Positions 1 through 9,741 of a stretch of 64,000 nt of DNA are shown here, piece by piece. Positions within the stretch are counted from its first letter, which is position 1, and every line of letters begins with the position of its first letter. The notes beneath the pieces were generated by a model. It had not been told where the DNA came from, did not search any database, and saw only the letters and a program-made list of their open reading frames with translations. The position numbers and the translations under genes are program-made. This DNA comes from Squalus acanthias (taxonomy: Eukaryota), in contig CM059453.1 in assembly GCA_030390025.1 (NCBI GenBank), forward strand, positions 7,316,001-7,380,000, written 5' to 3'.

Positions 1-161
1 TGAGTTCAAGTGTAACATTGAAAAGAAACAATGTTCCCTCCTGCTAACGGCTATCAGGAGGAGTGATCAGGGTAAATACCAACTCAGAATCGAGATCGCT
101 TCGGCCATATATATTAATAGACCTCGGCCTCTGCATGCTGAGGTATTTCTTTCTGTTTTAG
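1..161 (+). CDS. Gene A V-set Ig exon (3' part)
   Basis: Frame from nt 2 reads EFKCNIEKKQCSLLLTAIRRSDQGKYQLRIEIASAIYINRPRPLHAEVFLSVL, donor G|GTGAGT at 161/162. Siglec hallmarks: E-strand CSL, no F-strand Cys, DxGxYxxR with Arg codon AGA at 86-88. Confidence 0.9.
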
Positions 162-329
162 GTGAGTTTTCCCTTTGTTCCTTTTGTACATTTTCACTCC
201 AGTGCTTCAGTACGATTCAACCTATGTGCAAACTTGCCAAATATTATAATATCCCTGACCGATCTCAACCGGTAGTTGAAACATAGGGTGCAGGGATACT
301 GATAAGTGTCGCAGATGTCTGATATCCGA

Positions 330-1600
330 AACAGAGATGTATATTGAAATTACAGCAGTAAAACAGGCCGTTCGGCCCAGAGACTCAGTGTGGCTGTTTG
401 TCCTTCACATGAGCAACACTCCGAATCGCATGTGCCTGCTCAGTTCCCATATCCCTTTATTGCAATTCCCTTCCAACACCTGTCGAACCTATTCTGAAAA
501 TGTCCACATGAGGATAGATTAGTACTTGTTGACTGAACCTAAAACTGACGTTGTTGGTCGTACATACAATACATTAACTAGCAGCTCATTATTTCCAATG
601 AAATGAAAGGCAATTAAACTAGGTCGGTTGCTAGAGTGGGTGACTTATCTGGAATGAGAGATTTGACCAGGGCGGACATTTCAAATTCTACTTCAGTCTC
701 CTTCTATCGCCTCTGTCCCGTTGCTTAATAAATTTAAGCACTTCTGTCAAATCATCACAAAATCATTTTTAAACTCATAAGATCTGCAATTTTTAACTAT
801 TTTCTTCTAATTTAAATGTTCTCATACCTGCAAGAAACTACGTGAATCCACCCTAAATCCTTCCTATAGACTGGAACCCCATACCCGCATTCTTACTCCA
901 ACTGTGAAATAACTGCTGTTCGCGTTAGAATCTCCACTAATCTCGAATTTATATTATTGATCTCCTACCATTAAACCCAGAGCTCCAGAAACATCTTCAT
1001 ACACTTTCCCACTGGAGGTGCTACTTTTACTGTCTCATGAACCTGACCCCAAATTCCTCTGCTCTTCCACTTCTCCCAGCTTCCTACGGTTCAAATGAAC
1101 ATCTACCACCTCATATTTTCTGAACTTGAATTATATCTGCCTCTTATGTCCCCATTCTACTATATATCCAGTAGCCGTTTGTAACTCCCTTTTGTTGTCT
1201 CGTTATTTCCTGGGAGTTGTACTTGCAACTTTTTCATGAGTGTCAAACTTGCGATATTGGATACGCCTCTCATTGTACAAAACGCCCAATTTTCATTTTG
1301 TTGGAATCTAAATAAATCCTAACGGGAAATTTGAACATCATTCTATTTAGCGCCATCTCCAAGTTATTGATGCACCCAGTGAGTTGAAGCAATCCCACAG
1401 CACGACTCTTTGGGACACCGAACTCGGATCCAACTATTCTGAGCAACTGCAATTAACGGCGACTCACTGCATCCTCCCTTCTAAACTGTTTGTTTTGCAA
1501 CTTTTACATTATCTTTAATTCCAAACCTCTTAATATCTTCTCCAATAATCTCCTGTGTTTACCGTCGGCAATGGCTTCCTGATTACATTTCAAGTTACTT
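330..1600 (-). mobile_element. Old degraded CR1-type LINE fragments in gene A intron
   Basis: Minus strand shows degraded RT-region motifs (GSEFGVPKSRAVGLL at 1270-1452) and a LINE-like 3' end near 340-400; shared with the paralogous intron at 63.2-64 kb. Confidence 0.55.
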
Positions 1601-1857
1601 TTTGATGAAGCGTCTTTGGACATCGCGAGGACTTAAAAGGCGCTGAATTAATGCAGTCTTTGTTCCTGCCTTTCCCTATCCAGCGCTCAGTTATCCAGCT
1701 TTCAATTAGATCTTAATTAAAAAGTAGATGTTTCAGTAACGGGAAAATCAGTTTAAGTGATAATTTATTTGTTCATTCTAATCCCAAGGTAAACCATCAC
1801 TCGCCCGCTCTAACATTGAAATGTACCTAACACGATGGCTTTCTCCCGTTTTAATAG

Positions 1858-2169
1858 AAACGCCACATATTTCAAGTTATGGCGTTCTGATCGCTGGAAA
1901 AACTGCACGACTGACCTGCTCCATCAGACACAACTGCCCGAATGGCAACCTTCAACTGAAGTGGATTAATTATAATGTGTCCCTTCCTCTTCAATGGGAT
2001 ATACAAGAAGGAGTACGAATGATCAAAGAACGTTCAGGTTCTCGGACAGTTTCATCCGTGCTGACCTTCACTCCATCATCTGCTCATCACGGGAAAATTC
2101 TGGGATGCACAATTCTAATTGATGGTATCCCAGCTCCTTCAGCACAAAATCTTATCTTGGAGATTAAAT
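1858..2169 (+). CDS. Gene A C2-set Ig domain 2
   Basis: Acceptor TTTTAATAG|, donor T|GTAAGT. LTCSIRHNCP...LKW...SVLTFTPSSAHHGKILGC matches the Siglec/MAG domain-2 pattern, including the extra Cys for the D1-D2 disulfide. Confidence 0.92.
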
Positions 2170-2555
2170 GTAAGTGTCCGGTCTAAAGTAAACACACTTA
2201 TCCTGTCGGCCAACGGCCTCAAAATTTGCACTTTTACCACAAGTAATTTATTAAGTGTTAGAACTGCATCAAAGAATGCATCATGAAAAGCTCAGCCTCT
2301 GTACCAGTAGAGCTCACTTCGATAATCAATGGTTCGGAATGGCTCTCATCTAATTCTGATTAGTCATATTTCATTAGTAACATTCATATGCATGAATCAA
2401 TGATGGTGCCTCCAAGAGATTTTTTAATGTGAGAGTTAATCTTTATTCTAACAACTTACAGTCAGGTTCTCAGTTTAGTCAGTGATAAATGCAAGCAACA
2501 AGGCCATGCCGAGTGAGGATCTGAAGCTATGACACCAGATCTCAGCTCTGTTTGT

Positions 2556-2690
2556 GCATAATAAGAATTTAAGAATTAGGAACAGGACTCGGCCATACGG
2601 GCCCTTCGAGCCTGCTCCGCCACATCGGCAATCATGGCTGATCATCAAACTCAACTCCAAATTCCCGCCCGATCCAAATACCCAATATAA
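2556..2690 (-). mobile_element. CR1-type 3' terminal fragment
   Basis: Reverse complement of the same 3' hairpin and TTCTTA tail seen at 12245-12339. Confidence 0.7.
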
Positions 2691-2755
2691 TGAATTAATT
2701 AGGAGATCAATTATTCTTATTCAGCAATCACGTTTTTCTTTAACGCTTGCTTCAG

Positions 2756-3012
2756 ATGGATTGGAAATCCCAACCGTCAACTCCTCTATAGTAGCTGTGA
2801 AAGGAAGTTCATTATTATTGTACTGCACGGCCTGGGGGAAGCCCCTGGTCAGCTTAAGTTGGGTGAAAAATGGTGAAGAGACCAGCAGGTCTTCCACTGG
2901 TGAACTAAAGCTGATATTCCACAACATTCGTTCTGAAGACGCGGTGAATATTGGTGCATAGCTGAAAATGCCCTGGGCACCTCAAAACGTTCCACACAGA
3001 ATTCAGTACATT
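2756..3012 (+). pseudogene. Gene A C2-set Ig domain 3 exon with 1-nt deletion
   Basis: Acceptor TTCAG|, donor T|GTAAGT, length 257 nt (not a multiple of 3). Reads ...LYCTAWGKPLVSLSW...IRSED, then after GC at 2941-2942 resumes as GEYWCIAENALGTSKRSTQNSVH in another frame; the uncorrected frame hits TAG at 2959-2961. Confidence 0.9.
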
Positions 3013-3937
3013 GTAAGTATGTATGCATTTTCAATTAGCTAGTAGCCTTTCACTTCAAGAATTCTGCATTAATTCCAATTTTCTCTTGCCTGCTTGCTGG
3101 AAGGCGCCCATGTGCATGAGTTTGGGACAGTTTCACCCCTTCCCGCGGAAATAGCGGCAAACTACCTCGATGGCTCCAATAATGGAAACTAACCTGGTAT
3201 CTCGCTCAGTATGACAGGAGTGGAATATGGCACAATGTCTCATAAATGCAGCAGACCTTACATTTATGAGGTTGCGACACAAGCACATTAACTGGGACCT
3301 TTATTCTACAACTAATTATTCATAAATTATACTCGTAGTCTGAAAGAGACAATTTTCCAATCCTTAGAACTGATTTGCAGCAATTTAATGAGCACAGATT
3401 CTCTCGAAAAAAATCTAATTAAATCGTGTTAAGCTAACTTCTGTTACTTGTATTAACGTTGAGTTAATAGTGTAATATTCTCGATACTTGGTTCTTTGAA
3501 GTGTCCCCTTGTTAGCCGGACGTTTATTGAAGAATCACGTCAGTCCACCACAAAGGAAGATGTTGAAAATAGTACACAAAGTGAAGACATTGACATGAAT
3601 TGACCTTTTAAAACAGTGACGGATGAGACACGTTTGTGTGTATATTATACATAATCAAATCTCTGAGCTAGCTCCATCTGAGGGCCCCTCACAACATCTG
3701 TCAGGAGATGTATTGATGGACTGAACACTCATTGGATTTATTATGGAATTGTTCCTAACGAGCTCACCTGTTATAAGTGAAAATATAAGAAGCCATGAAC
3801 TGGTGAAACACAGCCTGCTTCATCTTAAAATATAACAACCAGAACTATTATTGTTAGTTCAACTCATTACTTAATTGTATTTCGACACTACAACTGTTTT
3901 CATGATCATTTCCTATTGAAGTTTACATTTTTTTTAG

Positions 3938-4225
3938 ATAAAGCCACAATTTTAGCAGGCCCGACATGCACCAACTCTGAAAATTGGACGAATTGTAACT
4001 GCCGGATGAGAGCCAATCCCCCGGGAAACATCACGTGGGGCCTCAATGGGAGAATCCTCACTGGGGACAGGTCAGATGTGGAAATCATCTGCTGGGCGGT
4101 GAATAGTCTCATCATGGAGAGCTCCCTGAGATTGACTCACCCAACTGGAACCGGAAACCTGATCTCATGTGTTGCAGCAAACGAGCACGTTGATTCTGTC
4201 AGTAAATACCAGCTCCACTCTAAGG
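3938..4225 (+). CDS. Gene A membrane-proximal Ig domain 4
   Basis: Acceptor TTTTTAG|, donor G|GTACGT, 288 nt. GPTC...CNCRMRANPPGNITW...ISCVAANEH resembles the membrane-proximal domain of MAG and several CD33-related Siglecs. Confidence 0.9.
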
Positions 4226-5049
4226 GTACGTGTTTGATTTGTCTGTAATTTAATACTATAAGGATTTGGTCCATCACTGGTCAGTCACTTACTGAACATT
4301 GTTAGTTTCAGCTAATACCAGCTCCATTCAGCAGGTCCACACTGAATCTCTCTCGAATTAGTGTAAGGAACTCTTTCCATCAGTGGTCAATCACCAACTG
4401 AAAGGTGCGGTCGGAATTTTCCATTTAAACTTTCAGTCTTCTGATACTGGCTCGGTTTATATTTTTAGATATGATGGAATTATCTGAACACCAGAAGTAG
4501 CCATTGATCTTGGAAAACAAATTCTTCTGAATTAAGATAACCCCATTAGCAAATCCAAATTAATCTTAATACATGATAACAAACTGCAATCTACCCTTTT
4601 GTATGTACATGCTCATTTCGATCTTGTTCAGACTCATTTAAGTATGTAATGCCGATATTTAATAAGCTATGTCAAACTGAATTATCTCTATAGATTATAA
4701 ATCTTACCGCTGTAACTGGTGATCTTGGCGGGCCGGTATTCTGATTGGTTTGTGCCCAATGTTTTTCCGAGGGTGGGTTGTCGCATGAACTTCATTTTTC
4801 AATTATGATTTTTACACCAGCGTATCTGAAATTATTTATTTAAAAATTACGCCAGGCCGCAACACAGGAATAAAATGCTGTTTTGCAATTATCATCAGGT
4901 TATGACAAGCGGAGTGCCTCACTTTCCATTAGCTTTCTGATCCGAACATAAAGGAAACTTGATACCTCACACTCATAAATGTGCTTCGAAGACTGTTGTT
5001 TAAATCGACTTCCCTAAGGTAGAGCAATGTTTCTTTCCGACTTTTTTAG

Positions 5050-5143
5050 GAATATTCTCCAGGACAATTCTTCTCATCATCAGAGGAGGAGCCAGTGGGA
5101 TGTTGTTACTAATTGCAGTCGTGCTCCTGCTGAAGATACAAAG
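5050..5143 (+). CDS. Gene A transmembrane exon
   Basis: Acceptor CTTTTTTAG|, donor AG|GTATGA. In phase with exon 4: GIFSRTILLIIRGGASGMLLLIAVVLLLKIQ(R). Confidence 0.85.
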
Positions 5144-6278
5144 GTATGAGTGATTCCTAATTACATAGAATGGAGTTTTAAAGGGGATCCTGCATCAGAA
5201 ATTCCGTGTATAAAAAGCTCGTTGAAATTAATCTCCGTGAGTAGAGTGAGCACCTGCCATAATCGAAGCGGAAAGGAGGAGGGTCAATCGTCACCTGACC
5301 AGTCGCTTGCATCTCCCAGCTTCAGCTATAGACCAATATTAGTGGCTACTTGAACGAGGCTATCTGTGCATTCTTCTTGTTATATTATTGCTGTTTTTTT
5401 CCTTATGTTTAAACTGAAATTTTTGGACTTCTGATCGCTGGCGCGCTATTTGAGAGGGATTGTTTTCACCTACCGTGTAATCTAGGAAAAATGCTCAGTA
5501 TGCTCGAAGAATGAACAGAGAAAACCGTTCAGTTCGTTTCTGCTGCTGGCTTTACGGGGCACCCTCACACAAGCCTCCTTGCCATGTCAGGCTCCCAGCA
5601 TAAAACTAAACCAGAATGATATTAAGTTCTAACAATCAAGCAAGACCAGCAAACTGTAAAACAACAAACAAATAGTAAAGTTAACGTGACACATATGTTT
5701 ACAGTAGTGATTCAGTTTGTTTGGCTCCTGGATTAGAATAATATATTTCAAAATTGGGTGTGACTGATGTGCTAAAGTATGATATAAACGTTTATTTATG
5801 TTGGGCTCGTTATCTTATTCTTACCAGTGACTTAATCTATTTGGCCTGACGAGCTCTCACTGAAAGCTCTCGACAGAATCCACGCTTATAATGGATAGGC
5901 TGATAATTAGCTTCAAGGAGGTGAATGGCTCCAAGTGAATTCCAATTATATCTATTCGGTTTACAATGTGCTGCAAACCAAAATTACTCTTCAACAAATC
6001 ACAAACGATGTTTACAATGGAAATCAGTGACGGGCTCCTCAGGTAGGCGCCCTCCACAACAGATAATGATTCGGCAACAGACATAACAAGATGAGTTAGA
6101 GCACTCTTGTGAGTGGTGCTCGATTATAACCCTTCATATACCATGACATTATTAAAGATGCCAATTCCATGCTAACTAATATATAAAAGCTTCTTTCAGT
6201 GATACTGAGGTAGGATCTCAATGTGGTTATTGATGAAAATTGTATATTCCCCATTTCACACTCAAAATTTGATATATA

Positions 6279-7060
6279 ATAATGACTTGGCCTTGGGGGT
6301 ACAGGGCACAATTTCGAACTTTGCAGGTGACACCGAACGTGGAAGTGTAGTGAACAGTGAGGAAGATTGTAATAGACTTCAAAGGGACAGAGACATGCTG
6401 GTGGAATGGGTGGACACATGGCAGATGAAAGTCAACACAGAAAATTGTGAGGTGTTAGATTTGGGTAGGGAGAATGAGGAGAGACAAGACATACTAAATG
6501 GTACACTTTTAAAGGGGGTGCGGGAACAGAGAGATTTGGGGCTGCTTGTGCACGACACTTTGTAATTGGCAGGACAGGTGAACAAAGCAGTCAATAAACA
6601 TTATGGAAGCCTGGACTTTATAAATATTTGCATAGAGTACAAAAGCGAGGAAGTTGTGCTAAACCTATAGAAAACATTGTTTCGGCCCCAGCTGGAGTAT
6701 TGTGTACAATTCTGGGCACCACACTATAGGAAGGAGGTGAAGGCTTTGGAGAGGGTGCAGAAAAGATTTACTAGAATTGTTCCAGGGACGAGGGATTACA
6801 GTGATGTGGATAGGCTGGAGAAGCAGGGGCTGTTTTCCTTAGAGCAGCGAAGGCTAAGAGGAGATTTGATAGATATGATCAAAATCATGAAGGGTTTAGA
6901 TAAAGTAAATAACGATAAACTGATTACAATGCCTCAAATGTCGTTAACCAGTTGCACAGGTTTCAGGCAATTGGCAAATCAACCAAATGCGACATCAGGA
7001 CACACTTTTGTTAAGCAAAAAGTGGTTAGCATTTGAAATGCACTAACTGAAAGGGTTATG
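6279..7060 (+). mobile_element. 5'-truncated CR1-type LINE (ORF2 C-terminus)
   Basis: ISNFAGDT...WQMKVN...RPQLEYCVQFWAPHY...LEQRRLRGDLI, with stops. Confidence 0.9.
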
Positions 7061-7405
7061 GCTCTAGTAATGATAGATTGTAATGTGTTTGCACGTTGAA
7101 ACTCTTCCATCTGCGACGTAATGAGGTGTTAACATATTGAATGATCCTCCTATGTCCAAACAGCTCAATCAGCTTTCAACATGAGCAAGCAACACCGCGC
7201 CATTAACGAGCTTCATCGATAAAGTCAACAGTTCCCTTTTGAAATGTAGGCAGATGGACATTGAAAAGAATTGGAGAGCGGACGTGGTCTGTGCTAATCG
7301 GAAAACCTAAAAGACATCTGTCTCTCCTGACCTACGGACGTCCTTCACAGTATACATTAAGTAAACATTTAAGTAATATATTATCTATTATTTGTTATGT
7401 TTTAG

Positions 7406-7484
7406 GAAGAAGAGCAGTGAGACTGCATGTGTGCCGTAAACGGCTGGTGGTGCGATGGTGTACACTGGGGATCTAAACGGTGAG
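7406..7484 (+). CDS. Gene A first cytoplasmic exon with in-frame stop
   Basis: Acceptor TGTTTTAG|, donor GAG|GTAAGT. Phase-2 join gives RKKSSETACVP* (TAA 7437-7439), followed in frame by TAGGAMVYTGDLNGE. Confidence 0.7.
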
Positions 7485-7944
7485 GTAAGTTAAGCCAAGC
7501 TGGAGTGACAGTAGTAGAATGTTTGTTGTGTTTTCAACGAGCGAGTGACCCAGAACAGGCAAAAACCCAATAGATAAATGGGACTTTCAGAAATTTGGTC
7601 ACTCGTGTTGTTAAGGGAGGACTAGCCACTTAGAGTGAAGTATTTCGACGGACGCTGTGGATTGTATTTTTAAAACGTTCCTGGGATGTGGGCGTCGCTG
7701 GCAATGACAGCAATTATTGCCTATCCCTAATTGCTCTTGTAAATATGGTGTTGAGCCGCAATTTGGATGTTATTTATTTCTTGCATTAAGACCTCAAAAC
7801 GCATATCTCATGAATGAGCTCCATTTGAAAAGTTACCAGAGATTAAATAGTTAGCTTTGCTCTGGTGCAGACAGCGCACTCCCATCGTGTTCAGCTCTAA
7901 ATCTGCAATCGCTCCATATCTAAGACGAATGTCTTCCGTTACAG

Positions 7945-8092
7945 AGAGACGATCACCTGAGCCTCGCAATCGACTCAACCAGCTCAGAATGAAGAAATTG
8001 TGAACGTGACTGTCAATGTCTCACACATCCGCAATCATGAATCATATAGCCCAAATAAGAAGACCTGCGATTAGGCACCAATTAAACATAAG
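7945..8092 (+). pseudogene. Gene A fossil terminal ITIM/ITIM-like exon
   Basis: Acceptor TTACAG| at 7944. Frame from 7982 reads AQNEEIV[N]VTVNVSHIRNHESYSPNKKTCD[*]APIKHK; removing the LINE at 8093-8639 joins it to TGA at 8647-8649. Confidence 0.7.
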
Positions 8093-8639
8093 AAAAGAAG
8101 AAATAGGTGCAGGAGAAGGCCATTCGGCCCCTCGAGCCTACTGAGCCATTCAATAATATCATGGCTGATCTGATCTTGGCCTGAACTCTACTTTCCCGCT
8201 CTCTCCCCGTAACACTTGACTCCCCTGTAGTTAAAATATCTGTCTATCTCCTCCTTGAATATATTCAATGACTCCGCCTCCACAGCTCTCTGGTTTAGAG
8301 AATTCCAAAGATTCATGGCTCTCTGAGAGAAGAAAATCCTTCTCATCTCCGTCTTCAATGGGCGACCCCTTATCCTGAAACTATGCCCCCTAGTTATAGA
8401 TTCCCCCACGAGGGGAAACATCGTCTATGCATCCTACCTGTAAAGCCCCCTCAGAATCTGATATGTTTCAATAAGTTCTTCTAAACTCCATTCAGTATAG
8501 TCCCAACCTGCTCAACCTTTCCTCATAAGACAACCCCTTCATCCCAGGAATCAACCTAGTGCACCATCTCTGAACTGCCTCCAATGCAAGTATATCCCTC
8601 CTGAAATAAGGAGACCAAAACTGTAAGCAGTACTCCAGT
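8093..8639 (-). mobile_element. 5'-truncated CR1-type LINE with 7-bp target-site duplication ACATAAG
   Basis: Minus ORF 8188-8421 (TRGHSFRIRG...FFSQR...LWNSL); ACATAAG at 8086-8092 and 8640-8646. Confidence 0.9.
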
Positions 8640-9741
8640 ACATAAGTGAAAGTTAACTGTTAGCGCGGATGGTCTTGAAACAGAAAATGCCTGAACACAC
8701 CTGATGTTATGAAGTAAAAGAGACAGCATTACAATGTAATGAAGACTATGAGAATGGAGAACTTTCAGCATATAAGTGGATTTGTTTGATTTAAATTCAC
8801 AATCTCGAGTTACTTGAAATACAGTAGGGAGTTTGAATTTTTTGTGAATGTAACTGTTCAACATTTTTCTCTATTCTGTGAAAATAACCATTTTACAAAG
8901 CATTTCTAACATCGTCTTTGTCTGTTAATCTGCTGAAATGTATTGGCCCACAGTATGAACCCTCAAAACCGTGTAGCAGGTGCCAAAAAAATTACAATTA
9001 AACAGCAGAAAATACACTTTATTTTCGACTGCGCCTGAAAATCAGGTGCGAATTACAAGAGAACCATGAATATGGGCGTAGACGAGTTCATGCGAGAGTT
9101 CCAGACAATTGTCACTACTCATTCATCTGGACATATTTGATTTGTGCCCCGATTGTGAACCTGGACAGGTATTCCCAGGGCATTTCATTTAGTTTTCCGC
9201 TCAACCAGCACAACACTCGAGTTTCTGCTTGTTTCCTCTAGTTATGTCATCACAATTCAGGCAAATTGATCGAATCAGAGCTGAAGAGCAAGGAATTTTA
9301 AACATAAGTGAGCTACGCCCATGACCACTTACGCTCAATTTTTTCCTTCATCTTTTACGCAGTTTCAAGTTTTCATTTTATCCAATCAGGTTCCGCCCAC
9401 GAAACTGGCCTTGCACGCAGGTCGTAATGTGAGATTGCGCTGATTCTGAAAGGCTCATAAAATTGCGCTCATTTTCTTAGGCGCAAAGGCAGTATAAGGC
9501 ATATTTTAATAGTTTTCTCATAACAAAACAAAGTTAATTTCTAAGCCACAGTCTGCTGTACAACAATTAAACTATTAAATGTTTCAGTATCATACTTTTC
9601 GTCATTTTCTGTTATGTTAAATCAGTTTACGCACAGGTGGAGGACTGGTCACCCTTAAGAAATATGTGTATTTGCTGATTAATCCATTTAAAGCTGTCTG
9701 AATAGGACTGCGCGAGGATACATTCTTAGAAGGAATACATG

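Larger units (their letters stand above)
1..8649 (+). pseudogene. Siglec/CD22/MAG-like gene A (V-C2-C2-C2-TM-tail), 5' end outside window; disrupted or isoform-dependent
   Basis: Ig exons joined in phase 1 with GT-AG sites at 1-161, 1858-2169, 2756-3012, 3938-4225; TM exon 5050-5143; tail exons 7406-7484 and ~7945-8092. Frameshift in exon 2756-3012 and TAA at 7437. Confidence 0.8.

Noticed and set aside
5910-6042. Possible extra cytoplasmic exon with ITIM-like SVYNVL and a CAG|GTAGGC donor
   Set aside because: Weak acceptor, the motif is out of phase with the TM exon, and stops occur in both relevant frames.
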